Assembly (NCBI GenBank): GCA_964457225.1
Contig: CAYWEM010000003.1
Coordinates: forward strand, 114 to 64,113
Length of the DNA stretch: 64,000 bases
Reading direction: 5' to 3'
Source: an uncultured Clostridia bacterium
GTDB lineage: Bacteria > Acidobacteriota > Aminicenantia > UBA2199
The notes under the pieces are model-generated. The model was not told where the DNA came from, did no database searches, and was given only the letters and a program-made list of their open reading frames with translations. Shown piece after piece: positions 1 to 9,536 of this stretch. The number at the start of each line of letters is the position of its first letter. Position 1 is the first letter of the stretch. A program made the position numbers and the translations under genes.

Positions 1-60
1 AATCGAACTGATGACCTCATCCTTACCAAGGATGCGCTCTGCCGACTGAGCTACGAGGGC
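1..60 (-). tRNA. thrT: tRNA-Thr (anticodon GGT), 3' part cut by window edge
   Basis: Reverse complement reads GCCCTCGTAGCTCAGTCGGCAGAGCGCATCCTTGGTAAGGATGAGGTCATCAGTTCGATT. D-arm GCTC/GAGC. Anticodon stem CATCC/GGATG with loop TTGGTAA. Closely resembles E. coli thrT. Confidence 0.85.
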
Positions 61-65
61 AGATC

Positions 66-138
66 AGCGGGAGACGGGATTCGAACCCGCGACCTATAGC
101 TTGGAAGGCTATAGCTCTTCCAACTGAGCTACTCCCGC
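66..138 (-). tRNA. glyT: tRNA-Gly (anticodon TCC)
   Basis: Reverse complement reads GCGGGAGTAGCTCAGTTGGAAGAGCTATAGCCTTCCAAGCTATAGGTCGCGGGTTCGAATCCCGTCTCCCGCT. Anticodon stem ATAGC/GCTAT, loop CTTCCAA. T-loop GGTTCGAATCC. Confidence 0.9.
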
Positions 139-145
139 GTATAAC

Positions 146-228
146 TGGGCAGGGAAGGATTCGAACCTCCGAAGACTCGCGTCAACGGGTTTACAGCCCG
201 TCCCATTTGGCCACTCTGGAACCTGCCC
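146..228 (-). tRNA. tyrU: tRNA-Tyr (anticodon GTA), long variable arm
   Basis: Reverse complement reads GGGCAGGTTCCAGAGTGGCCAAATGGGACGGGCTGTAAACCCGTTGACGCGAGTCTTCGGAGGTTCGAATCCTTCCCTGCCCA. Anticodon loop CTGTAAA. Long variable arm is typical of Tyr. Confidence 0.9.
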
Positions 229-240
229 ATCAATACGCAT

Positions 241-313
241 AGCTGGCGAAGGGACTTGAACCCCCGACCGGCTGATTACAAATCAGCTGCTCTACCAGCT
301 GAGCTACGCCAGC
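241..313 (-). tRNA. thrU: tRNA-Thr (anticodon TGT)
   Basis: Reverse complement reads GCTGGCGTAGCTCAGCTGGTAGAGCAGCTGATTTGTAATCAGCCGGTCGGGGGTTCAAGTCCCTTCGCCAGCT. Anticodon stem GCTGA/TCAGC, loop TTTGTAA. Acceptor GCTGGCG/CGCCAGC. Confidence 0.9.
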
Positions 314-434
314 GCATTTGGAAAATGTGAATATAGCACAATCCTGGTGATTTTGTCAATCACTTTTGCGTGCCTGCAGCAAAACCGGATGAATTATACC
401 ACGAACTTCGACAATTACCAAGCGCCAGGTTTTC

Positions 435-1406
435 TTGCCAGGCTTTCCCGGTCATTGTATCATGATGACGATCATGTCCTGTATCTACTTTATATTCATC
501 GACGGCGTCGGCATCGGCGCGGCCGGCCCGGACAACCCTTTTTACCAGAGCGGAGCACGGTTCCTGCCTTTTTTCCAGGGCGGTCTGAGCCTGCCTGACG
601 GCACCCCGGTAAAAGCCATTGACGCCACTCTGGGCATCCCCGGCCGCCCCCAGAGTGCTTCAGGGCAAACCGCCCTTTTCTGCGGCTGTAACCCCCTGAA
701 CGCGGGTGGACCTCACCAGAACGGTTATCCAAACCGGGATTTAAGGCGGATCATCCGTTCCGGCAACCTTTTTTCCGAACTGGAAAGGCGCGGTCTGCCC
801 TGGATCTTCGCCAATGCTTACCCGCTCTACAGTCACTTGTTCCAGCCGGAGCACGCGGCCATCCTTACCGATGGCTCCCTGCGCTTTTCGGACGAGTTTC
901 CGCCTGCATTCCGGCGCCGGCTGTCCGTCACCAGTTGCATGATGCTGAGCGTCGGACGCAGACCGCCGGGAGAAACGGATATCCTGGAAGGCCGGGCTCT
1001 CTACCAGGATTATTCCAATCGCAGCCTGCGCGAAAAAGGGCTTGATCTGCCGGAGTTCTCGCCGCTGCAGGCCGCGGAAATCCTCTTCAGGGCCGGACGC
1101 GGCCGCAGGCTGCTGCTTTACGAGTACTTTCAGACCGATATCAGTGCGCATCACCCTGAACGGCAAACTGCACTGGAAGTGGTGAAAGGCCTGGATTCCC
1201 TGGTCGGCCGCCTGCTGGAACTGCTCGACCCCCAACATGACACCCTGTTGCTCTGCAGTGATCACGGCAACCTGGAAGACCTGAGCACCCGGCGGCACAC
1301 GCTCAACCCGGTCCCCCTGCTGGCCTGGGGCCGCTTCGCTGAACCCATCCGCGATTCCAGCGCCCTCATCAGCGACCTGCTGCCGGCCATCCTGCAGGTC
1401 ATCTGA
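435..1406 (+). CDS. Metalloenzyme-superfamily phosphatase or phosphomutase (alkaline phosphatase superfamily; cofactor-independent phosphoglycerate mutase or phosphopentomutase-like). True start may be the internal Met near 462-465.
   Basis: N-terminal FIFIDGVGIG metal-binding motif and C-terminal LLLCSDHGN motif, characteristic of the PF01676 metalloenzyme family (iPGM/DeoB). 323-aa ORF. Confidence 0.7.
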   Translation: MPGFPGHCIMMTIMSCIYFIFIDGVGIGAAGPDNPFYQSGARFLPFFQGGLSLPDGTPVKAIDATLGIPGRPQSASGQTALFCGCNPLNAGGPHQNGYPNRDLRRIIRSGNLFSELERRGLPWIFANAYPLYSHLFQPEHAAILTDGSLRFSDEFPPAFRRRLSVTSCMMLSVGRRPPGETDILEGRALYQDYSNRSLREKGLDLPEFSPLQAAEILFRAGRGRRLLLYEYFQTDISAHHPERQTALEVVKGLDSLVGRLLELLDPQHDTLLLCSDHGNLEDLSTRRHTLNPVPLLAWGRFAEPIRDSSALISDLLPAILQVI

Positions 1407-1502
1407 TTTTTTCTCCTGGTTTTTCAATTGCCGGCCTCAGGCAACAATAACTGCTTCAGTCAAGTTTATTTTTCGGAAAAGGCCTTTTCAAGCCATTATG
1501 AC

Positions 1503-1531
1503 TTGACAACGCACTTTTACTTGGCTAAAGT
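1503..1531 (+). promoter_or_regulatory. Putative sigma70 promoter of hup: TTGACA, 17 nt, TAAAGT
   Basis: TTGACA at 1503-1508, a 17-nt spacer, TAAAGT at 1526-1531, about 48 nt upstream of the hup ATG. Confidence 0.4.
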
Positions 1532-1578
1532 CATTAGGCGGGAGAAAGCCTTCCCTGACTTAACGAATGGAGGAATCT

Positions 1579-1854
1579 ATGAACAAGAGCGAGTTGATCA
1601 AAGCCATCGCCGAAAAGTCCGGTCTCACTCAGGCCGACACTGAACAGGCCGTCAATGCCTTTCTCGAGATCGTTCCGGCTGAACTCAAGAAAAAAGGCAA
1701 GGTAACCCTGGTCGGGTTCGGCACTTTCGGAGTGGCCACCAGAAAGGCCCGGAAGGGCGTCAACCCCAAGACCGGCGCCAAGATCAACATCCCGGCCAGG
1801 ACCGCCCCGGTCTTCAAAGCCGGCAAGGCCCTGAAAGACAAGGTCGCCAAGTAG
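1579..1854 (+). CDS. hup: HU family nucleoid DNA-binding protein
   Basis: MNKSELIKAIAEKSGLTQADTEQAVNAFLEIV...GFGTFGVATRKARKGVNPKTG is the canonical HU/IHF fold sequence. GGAGG RBS 7 nt upstream of the ATG at 1579. The ORF-track start at 1567 was rejected in favour of the RBS-supported Met. Confidence 0.95.
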   Translation: MNKSELIKAIAEKSGLTQADTEQAVNAFLEIVPAELKKKGKVTLVGFGTFGVATRKARKGVNPKTGAKINIPARTAPVFKAGKALKDKVAK

Positions 1855-1865
1855 GAATTCCGGTA

Positions 1866-1888
1866 GGGGCGGATTCCAAATCCGCCCC
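1866..1888 (+). terminator. GC-rich hairpin downstream of hup (GGGGCGGAT-tccaa-ATCCGCCCC); no clear U-tract
   Basis: Perfect 9-bp GC-rich inverted repeat 12 nt after the hup stop, followed by a partial tandem copy (gattccaaatccg twice). Confidence 0.45.
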
Positions 1889-2131
1889 GATTCCAAATCC
1901 GTCTCGGCCTTTAATCCGTTTCAATCGTCAATCCGCCTTGTTTTTTTCTGTCTTGTATTACAATTTCACTTTTACAATTATCCATCACCCCTGATTTTTA
2001 TGAGCATCCTCCACCGGGATGATCCGGATCCTTTAAAGCCAGTTCTTGAGCTGATTTTCGGGAAAGCATTTTATGCGTTTCAGGCCGATCGGCTTTATCC
2101 GGCCTCACTTTACTGCTAGAATGAACCCGAC

Positions 2132-3997
2132 ATGAATCAACTGTACCTCTCGAAAAGCGATTTCAAGGTGGGCAGAAGCTGTCCAACCAAGCTGTACTAC
2201 AAAAAGCAGGGTTACCCCTCCCAACTGGAAGGAAGTGAATACCTGGAATTCCTGGCCGACGGCGGCTACCTGGTCGGCAAACTGGCCCAATTGCTGATTC
2301 CCGGGGGAGTGGAAATCCGCAGTGAGCTCGGCACCCGGGCCGCCCTGGAAGAAAGCGCCCGGCTGCTGGAGAGGGAAAACGCCATCGTCTACGAAGCAGC
2401 CGTGGCGGCAGGCGGCAAGCTGGCCCGGATTGACATCCTGGTGAAAAAAGGTCATTCGCTTGACCTGATCGAAGTCAAGTCCAAGTCTTACGACAGCCGG
2501 GAAGAGGTGTTCAGCAAGGACATGAAAGAATACTTCGAGGATGTCGCCTTTCAAGCCTGGCTGCTGCAGGAAGCCTATCCCAGGTTTGAAGTACGATCTT
2601 TCCTGATGCTGCCGGACAAAAGCCTGGCCACCCAAATCGAAGGCCTGGCCGGCTGGTTCAAAAAAAGCCTGGTTCAGCCGCCCGTCGATGACCGGTCACG
2701 CTTCCGCCGGATTGAGGTCGATTTCCTTTTCCCTGAGAATTCCCCCCAGCATCGCCGCTTACTCCAGGAAAACCTGCTGACCCGGATACCGGTGGACGTG
2801 GAAGTGCGCCGCCGCCTGCCGGAAGTTATGGCCGCCGGCGAGGAACTGCTAAAAAGCCTGAGCGATGGAAAAATCAGCAAGATTCCGCCCCGGATCGGCA
2901 GGAAGTGCTTCAACTGCGAATACCGGGGCCTGCCGGACGATCCCCGAGACGGTTTCCTGGAATGCTGGGGCGAACTTGGCCCGGTTGCTCCGCATGTTTC
3001 GGAGCTTTACCATGCCGGCACCCTGGGTGGGCGCGGCGGCTTCCTGGTGGAAGAAATGATCGCTTCAAAGCGGGTCAGCCTGCTGGACGTGCCCCCGGCC
3101 GCCCTGCTCAACAGCAAGGGCGATCTGTCATTCCGCGGCCGCAGGCAGCAGATCCAGATCGAGCATACCCGCGATAACAGCGAATGGGTTTCTCCCGAAT
3201 TAAAATCACTGCTCGGGGGACTGCGCTACCCGCTTCATTTCATCGACTTTGAAACCATCACCCCGGCCCTGCCCTTTCACAGTAGCATGCGGCCCTACGA
3301 AATGATCGCCTTTCAATGGAGCTGCCATACCGTGAACGGACCGGGCGAAGAACCTCGGCACGCGGAATGGCTGAACACGAAACCCTCCTTTCCCAACTTC
3401 GACTTCGCCCGCTCCCTGATGGAGCGGATCGGCACCGAAGGCACTCCCTTGATGTGGGCCAGTCATGAAAACACGGTTCTGCGGGTCATCCTCGAGCAAA
3501 TGGAAAAACGGGGACACCGGGATGAGGAACTCAGGCAATGGCTGTTGGGCATAACCCGGGACAAGGAAAAAAGAAGAACGGGCCGCCTGGTTGACCTGAA
3601 TCAAATTGCCCTGGATCACTTCTATCACCCGGACATGAAAGGCAAAACTTCGATCAAGCTGGTTCTGCCGGCCGTCTGGAACAACCACCCCGAACTGCAC
3701 CAAATACCCTGGTTCCGCAAGTATCTCAAGCTCGAAAACGGCGTGATCCAGAGCCCCTACAACGCTCTTTCCGATCTGAACGAAGAGCTGGAACGGGGCG
3801 GCGAAGTCATCAAGGAAGGAACCGGGGCCATGCGCGCTTATTACGAGATTAACTGCGGAGATCTCCGCGACGACCCGCAGGCCCGGGAAAAACGGCACAA
3901 AATGCTTTTACGGTATTGCGAGCTCGACACCATGGCCATGGTGATCATCTGGACCCACTGGATACAAGCCGCCGAGCTTAACAGTTCGGGCGCCTGA
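2132..3997 (+). CDS. PD-(D/E)xK (Cas4/RecB-like) nuclease domain fused to a DUF2779 domain; function unknown
   Basis: The N-terminus has nuclease motifs: D in ARIDILV, then LIEVKSKS giving E.K. The C-terminal half carries the DUF2779 signature LHFIDFETITPALPF...YEMIAFQWSCH. Confidence 0.75.
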   Translation: MNQLYLSKSDFKVGRSCPTKLYYKKQGYPSQLEGSEYLEFLADGGYLVGKLAQLLIPGGVEIRSELGTRAALEESARLLERENAIVYEAAVAAGGKLARIDILVKKGHSLDLIEVKSKSYDSREEVFSKDMKEYFEDVAFQAWLLQEAYPRFEVRSFLMLPDKSLATQIEGLAGWFKKSLVQPPVDDRSRFRRIEVDFLFPENSPQHRRLLQENLLTRIPVDVEVRRRLPEVMAAGEELLKSLSDGKISKIPPRIGRKCFNCEYRGLPDDPRDGFLECWGELGPVAPHVSELYHAGTLGGRGGFLVEEMIASKRVSLLDVPPAALLNSKGDLSFRGRRQQIQIEHTRDNSEWVSPELKSLLGGLRYPLHFIDFETITPALPFHSSMRPYEMIAFQWSCHTVNGPGEEPRHAEWLNTKPSFPNFDFARSLMERIGTEGTPLMWASHENTVLRVILEQMEKRGHRDEELRQWLLGITRDKEKRRTGRLVDLNQIALDHFYHPDMKGKTSIKLVLPAVWNNHPELHQIPWFRKYLKLENGVIQSPYNALSDLNEELERGGEVIKEGTGAMRAYYEINCGDLRDDPQAREKRHKMLLRYCELDTMAMVIIWTHWIQAAELNSSGA

Positions 3998-4117
3998 CAG
4001 AATTCAAGCTGAACAGCCCCTTGCTTAATTGGAATAAATCAGAAACCTGAAGTTTTGTTTCAGGATCAATCCGGGCTGAAAAACTGCTCTGCACTCCGGC
4101 GGCGATGGCCGCATGAA

Positions 4118-4810
4118 TCAGGAAACCACTCGGAAAGGTGCGCTCAGGAAACTCATCCCGCCGAAGCTTCCTCCGGGTTGAATTTCAATACGGTATGTTC
4201 CCGGAACCGTTCCGGCCGGGATCCTGATCTCAGCCCTCCCGGAATTGGGCACCTGCCTGGCCAGAACAAGCTCGGCAACCATGGAGCCCTCGCGCCGGAG
4301 CAGGATGTCGATACGCAGTGAAGAGGCCTGATTCGTCCGCCAGCCGATTGAATAAGTGCGACCTCGGACCAGATTTCCGGCCGGAACAACCAGGATAAAA
4401 GGTGAAGTCCTGATAAAAAACGGCTTGGAAATCCCTTTTACCACCCCGTCCGCAGTTTCAACCCTGACGGTATAAATCCCCTCCGCCTGGTTCAGGCGCG
4501 GCTCAACGTTTTCGTTGCCGTCGTTCAAGGTGTTGACCGCCAACCGGTCAAGCATCATATTGCCCGCTTCATCGCAGAGATGAATGTTCAGATTGGGAGT
4601 GGCAAAAGTGCCGGAAGTCGTCCATTCAACGGGATAACTGGTCCCTGAACCGGCATACCAGGTGACATCAACACCTGGCCTGGTAACCCAAATGGTCGGA
4701 ACAGGCTTCATGACGGTTTTTAACGGTGCCGTCTTCACCTGGGCATTGGGAGTCCCTGGGGACATAACCAGTAAAAGAATTGAGACGATAAAAAAAGAAT
4801 ACTTTTTCAT
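4118..4810 (-). CDS. Secreted hypothetical protein with N-terminal signal peptide
   Basis: MKKYSFFIVSILLLVMSPGTPNAQ is a signal peptide. The 230-aa ORF is in coding frame with no recognisable motif. Confidence 0.6.
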   Translation of the reverse strand: MKKYSFFIVSILLLVMSPGTPNAQVKTAPLKTVMKPVPTIWVTRPGVDVTWYAGSGTSYPVEWTTSGTFATPNLNIHLCDEAGNMMLDRLAVNTLNDGNENVEPRLNQAEGIYTVRVETADGVVKGISKPFFIRTSPFILVVPAGNLVRGRTYSIGWRTNQASSLRIDILLRREGSMVAELVLARQVPNSGRAEIRIPAGTVPGTYRIEIQPGGSFGGMSFLSAPFRVVS

Positions 4811-5140
4811 GGCACCTCTCCCGGAATGATTTCAGGAAAACTGACTGGAAAATCAATTTTTCCCATGTTGTAATTATAATTTGTTTTTGTTAAAAATCAT
4901 TGCCGACGGAGGAATTGTGTCATGATGACCTTGATGATGGATTGGCTTCAAGAGCCTGTTCATTTGATTTAAAACCGCACTGATCGCGTTTTGGCAGCGA
5001 AAAGAAGAATGAATCGTCACCCCGTTATCCAGATGCCGTGATGATCGGTTGTTTTTCATTTTTTTGGGTATTTTTGATCGCTGTCGCCCGCGTTACCTGG
5101 TCGGGTTGACTCGGCCGGTTTGAATCCATAGAATCAATGC

Positions 5141-5641
5141 ATGAAAAGAATCGTTTTGCCGTTACTCTTGATGTGCTGGTGCTGTCTGCTTTGGAACTGT
5201 CATTCTCAGGCCGGGCCGAAACAGATATCCAGAATTGAGTACGCCTACATCTCGGGGAGCATCCTGCCCGAGCTGCAGTTACATGAACTTTACCTGGTAA
5301 GCCCCGACCGGGTCACCCTGACCCGCAAAGGCCCGGCGCCGGACAGCCTGGTCAATGCCGGAGAGTGGGAACTTTCTTTCACCCTTTCCGACCTGGATGA
5401 GCTGTTCCAGGAACTGGCCCGGGTGGACATTGATGTAATTGAGCTTGTTTCCCCAAAAGACTCTCCCGAAGGCGGGCATACAACGCTCTATTCAGTCTTC
5501 TACACGGACGGCACCGTTCTCAGCCTGCATTACCTGCCAGGCACGACCTATACCGGCAGCGAGACGCTCACCCTCCCCATCGACAACTTCATCCGCAAAC
5601 TAAGCCTGCCTCCGCAAGCAAGTCCGCAATACCTCGATTAA
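5141..5641 (+). CDS. Hypothetical secreted or lipoprotein
   Basis: MKRIVLPLLLMCWCCLLWNCHSQAG is a signal peptide with a lipobox-like cysteine. 166-aa ORF. Confidence 0.55.
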   Translation: MKRIVLPLLLMCWCCLLWNCHSQAGPKQISRIEYAYISGSILPELQLHELYLVSPDRVTLTRKGPAPDSLVNAGEWELSFTLSDLDELFQELARVDIDVIELVSPKDSPEGGHTTLYSVFYTDGTVLSLHYLPGTTYTGSETLTLPIDNFIRKLSLPPQASPQYLD

Positions 5642-5839
5642 CAAGGAGCCGTAAAAATCGATTATGGTTCGTGATATGGTCAAGTCATCCAAAACCATTC
5701 TGAGAGGAACGGCATTGAACATCGCTATCTGCCGGATTTCCTGCTGGATTCCGAATAAAATCAACGGGGACAGGTAGAATTTCCGCCCGAAAAACCAGTC
5801 AAGAAAAATGATTTTCGGAGGGCGGTACCGGGCAGATTA

Positions 5840-6151
5840 TCATCTTTCGTTCTTCTGCAGGAAGTACGGGGGAATGAGCGCCGGCTTGACGACAACCTCC
5901 TGCCAGACCCCGGCCAGGATATAAGGCTCACGGTCCAGCCATTCCCGGCGTAGCTGATCCTCGGAGTCAAAACGGCAGACGATCATCGAACCGATCAAAG
6001 CACCGGCATCGTTCTGAATTCCGCAGGCGTAGAGCCATTTTCCATTCCCGTGGAACTCTTCAGCCAGCTCCAGGTGCCTGGGCCGCACCGCCATCCTCTT
6101 TTCCAGGGCATTCTCTTCTTTGCCGTCCCAGCCAATCACGATAAAATGCAT
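5840..6151 (-). CDS. YciI-like (YCII-related) small protein
   Basis: MHFIVIGWDGKEENALEKRMAVRPRHLE...GNGKWLYACGI has the length and motifs of the YciI/Dabb stress-protein family. Confidence 0.7.
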   Translation of the reverse strand: MHFIVIGWDGKEENALEKRMAVRPRHLELAEEFHGNGKWLYACGIQNDAGALIGSMIVCRFDSEDQLRREWLDREPYILAGVWQEVVVKPALIPPYFLQKNER

Positions 6152-6277
6152 GCCTTCCTCCCGGTGGATTAACCGCCACTATGATAGTTCCTTTCAGCAT
6201 CCTGAACAAGATAAGCCGGAAAAGCGGCCTGCCGACCAACTGTTCTAATGGAGTTTAAATCATCTCCTGGAAAAAGT

Positions 6278-8152
6278 TTATCCCGTTTCGACTCGGTTTC
6301 GGCCACATTCCTTGGCCTTGTAAAGAGCTTTATCCGCTTTCTTGATGCTGTCTTCAATACCTGCTTGGGCGTTGTACTCTGCGATTCCGAAAGACATGGT
6401 AATCCGCATGGAATGATTTTCCCAGGGCAGAGGAGTATCCTCCACCATCCGGCGAAGCTTTTCCGCCGCCCGTACACCCTGTTCCAGGGGGGTTCCCGGG
6501 AACATGAGCATAAACTCTTCACCCCCCCAGCGGCTGATGTGATCGTGTGGCCGGGTGTTTTGCCTGATCAGTTCAGCGATTTTAACCAGTACGGCGTCGC
6601 CGCAATCATGGCCCCATTGGTCGTTGAACTTCTTGAAGTGATCGATGTCCGTAAGCACAATGGTGAATGGCTCGCCCCGACGGGAGAAACGGGCTGTCTC
6701 CTTGCACAACTCCTCCATCATGGCCCGACGGTTCAGGAGTTGAGTCAGGGTATCAGTGCGGGATAAAGCGCGCATAACGTCAGCCATCCGTTTCTTGTTC
6801 CGGTAAAAAACGAAAAGCAGAATGACCAGGAGTAAAAACAACAGGGAAAGGGTTGACACAATAGTCAGAATGTAGCGGTTGATGCGGGCGTCTTTCAGCA
6901 AGGATTGATTTCTTAATTCCGCTTTTTCCAGTTCGAATTCCTTGTTGAGGGTATCAAAGCGGACCATCATCCGGGTGACCTGCTGAGAAAGATTGGCCTT
7001 GAACATCTCCTCATTCAAGGCCTGATGGACCTCCAGATGTTTCAGGGCCTGTCCTGTTTGACCCAGTCCTTTGTAAGCCTGAGACAGAAGCAGATGTGAT
7101 TTGATGACAACCAGCTTAAAGTTAGATCGGGCGGCGATGTCCAGGGCTTCAACAAGAAGAGGTAAAGCTTCGCTGAAGGCATTCTGATTAATCAGACTTC
7201 GACCAAGGTTGAGTAAATTATTGGTGTAGGTGATGTTCTGATCGTATTTTCTTAAGATTGCAACGGCTGTTTCAAAGTGGTCCCTGGAATTGTTCAGCGC
7301 ATCACGGTTGCCCGAAGACTCGTATTCGCCGTAAAAACGATCGCCCAGAACGGATTGAGCGTGAGCCACAAATATTTCCTGATTGGCGTCCCGGGCCAGT
7401 TCCAGCAGTTTGCGGCCGTAAAACTCACTGCTGGTGTAATCCTTCAGGTTGTTGTAAGTATAGGCCAGGTTGAACAGGGCCACCATTTCGTAATAGGGGT
7501 CATTTTCTATCAAGTTGTACGTTTTTTGAAAGTATTCCGCTGCATTGGGCCATTGTTCGAGCAGTGCATACACTCCGGCCAGGTTGCCGTAGAGAGTCAG
7601 CAGCATGTCTTTGTCTTCAATGCTGTTTTGCTGGATGACTTCCAGAGCCTTGTTGTAGAAGTCCAGAGAGGACTGGAAATCCGAATCTTCCTTGGCGCAG
7701 ATGCCTGCCGCCTGATAGGCTTTGATTTGTCCGATGGGTTCGCTTTGGGCCAGGGCGCGATCAATGGCCTCTTTATATGCATTCCTGGCCTCAAGGTGAT
7801 TGCCCTGATAGCTATGGGCAATGGCCGAGTTGCACAGGCCGGTAATCCACCCCATCTGATAATCATTCTTTTGGGACTGCTCAATCGCCTGGCTTGCATA
7901 GGCCAGGGATTGCCTGGCATTGTTATAGGAGGTTTTCAATGAAAGTTCGTTGAGAATATCCGCCTTTTCTTCGGAGGTTTCAGCCTGCTCAAGCTTTTTC
8001 AGCAGGATCTGTTCCGGAGTTGCGGGCGGCTCCTGCGCACCTGCCTGGGGATTGATCATGTAAAGGCCGAGCAGAATGACGGCAGGAATGATGAACCATC
8101 GCTGTTGGGCGCCAACCCGGCTTTCATAAGCTTTATTTCTGACCTTTTTCAT
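6278..8152 (-). CDS. Membrane-anchored TPR-repeat diguanylate cyclase (GGDEF domain, GGEEF variant)
   Basis: Signal/TM segment, multiple TPR-like repeats and a TM helix. The C-terminal GGDEF domain includes the active-site stretch RWGGEEFMLMF and ends in ...RVETG. Confidence 0.9.
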   Translation of the reverse strand: MKKVRNKAYESRVGAQQRWFIIPAVILLGLYMINPQAGAQEPPATPEQILLKKLEQAETSEEKADILNELSLKTSYNNARQSLAYASQAIEQSQKNDYQMGWITGLCNSAIAHSYQGNHLEARNAYKEAIDRALAQSEPIGQIKAYQAAGICAKEDSDFQSSLDFYNKALEVIQQNSIEDKDMLLTLYGNLAGVYALLEQWPNAAEYFQKTYNLIENDPYYEMVALFNLAYTYNNLKDYTSSEFYGRKLLELARDANQEIFVAHAQSVLGDRFYGEYESSGNRDALNNSRDHFETAVAILRKYDQNITYTNNLLNLGRSLINQNAFSEALPLLVEALDIAARSNFKLVVIKSHLLLSQAYKGLGQTGQALKHLEVHQALNEEMFKANLSQQVTRMMVRFDTLNKEFELEKAELRNQSLLKDARINRYILTIVSTLSLLFLLLVILLFVFYRNKKRMADVMRALSRTDTLTQLLNRRAMMEELCKETARFSRRGEPFTIVLTDIDHFKKFNDQWGHDCGDAVLVKIAELIRQNTRPHDHISRWGGEEFMLMFPGTPLEQGVRAAEKLRRMVEDTPLPWENHSMRITMSFGIAEYNAQAGIEDSIKKADKALYKAKECGRNRVETG

Positions 8153-8285
8153 GATCCCCCCTTAATTTTCCCTCATCTGGGAATGTCAAAAAAACTTCCA
8201 TAAAAAAGCAGGCAATCCTGTATGGAGTAAAGTTTCGATCAAAAGTGGTTTTTTGTAGAACCACGACCATGCAGGTGTTATCATC

Positions 8286-9407
8286 TTAGTTCTTGCCATC
8301 AGCGAGTTGATTTACTCCATTGAGTATGTCATGGAGCACAATATGTGCCATTTTCGCTGGTTCTTCGAACATGGGGCTGTGAGCGGAGTTCTCAAATGTA
8401 TAAAAACCCTTCACCGGGGCTCGCAGGTTTTCCAGGTATGTTCTTGCAAGCAGGTAAGAAACAGTATAATCGTACTTGCCGTGGAAGAAATAGACAGGGA
8501 GGCCGGCCTCCGGCACTGCTTTCCTCATATCCAGGGCGATCATCCTGTCCCACAATAACCTGTCCGAAAAGAACTTGCCGCGCCATAAGGCAAACTTCTC
8601 GCCCAAGGTATACTGACGGCACAGCCAGGAGGCCAGAAAAACACCGCTGATGACTGACCTCATTTCCCGTGTCGTGCCTACGCCAAGTCCATGCATGGCC
8701 TGGTCACGAACCTTCATGTACGAAGCCGGCAATGGAATCGCCGTTGTAACCCGCCCGGCTTCGAGTTGCCGCACCATTCTTCTGTTTCCGATCTCTCGGT
8801 ACTTCCGCAACATATACTCATAGGACAGCTTTTCAGATTCAAGTTGACAGGTTATCTGACCGACGCCGATATATGCGGAATACAGCTCAGGCGCCCGGGC
8901 GGCCGCCTGTATTCCTATCAGGCTTCCCCCTGAATGCGCCATGAGGAAGATCTTTTCTTTATTAAAGCGTTTCCTCAGGTATTTCGTCACTTCAATCGTG
9001 TCAGCAATCATCTGCTCCAGTGTCATTGTCTCAGGGGGAATGCTCGGAGAGTAAGAAAGTCCAGCACCACGGCGTTCCCACCAGCAAACTGTGAAATATC
9101 TCTCCAGGCCGGTTGGATACTTCCGAGCCAGGAAGTACTCGGGCATACCCGCCCCGCCGTGCAGGAACAGGAGCACCGGATTGCCGACATCTCTTCCTTC
9201 AATGAACATGCCTTGTTGCACGCCATTGATCAGCACATGGTTTTTCTCTGAAATACTGCCCGGCAACACATTGCCTTTATCATCAAGGAAAGGTCTTGTT
9301 TTCCCCGGACTGAAAGCCAGCAGCACAACCAATACAACGAGCACGGCCGCCGTAAGAACTGAAATCATGATCAACATTATGCGCCCAGCTGCAGGAATTC
9401 GCGCCAT
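8286..9407 (-). CDS. Alpha/beta hydrolase (S33 proline-iminopeptidase-like) with N-terminal TM anchor
   Basis: Oxyanion-hole motif LFLHGGAGMP and nucleophile elbow MAHSGGSLIG (GxSxG). Confidence 0.8.
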   Translation of the reverse strand: MARIPAAGRIMLIMISVLTAAVLVVLVVLLAFSPGKTRPFLDDKGNVLPGSISEKNHVLINGVQQGMFIEGRDVGNPVLLFLHGGAGMPEYFLARKYPTGLERYFTVCWWERRGAGLSYSPSIPPETMTLEQMIADTIEVTKYLRKRFNKEKIFLMAHSGGSLIGIQAAARAPELYSAYIGVGQITCQLESEKLSYEYMLRKYREIGNRRMVRQLEAGRVTTAIPLPASYMKVRDQAMHGLGVGTTREMRSVISGVFLASWLCRQYTLGEKFALWRGKFFSDRLLWDRMIALDMRKAVPEAGLPVYFFHGKYDYTVSYLLARTYLENLRAPVKGFYTFENSAHSPMFEEPAKMAHIVLHDILNGVNQLADGKN

Positions 9408-9536
9408 GATGATTTCCTCCTGTTCCTGCTTGAATAAAATCGAACCCGAACGGCGACAATGCCTTCGGCACTAAAGATTTCGTTCATCAGCCTCCGCGGT
9501 CATCAAGCGCCATTGCTACAGTCTCAAGCATCCATT

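Noticed and set aside
741-1427. 228-aa minus-strand ORF
   Set aside because: Antisense to the metalloenzyme gene, which carries the diagnostic CSDHGN and DGVG motifs.
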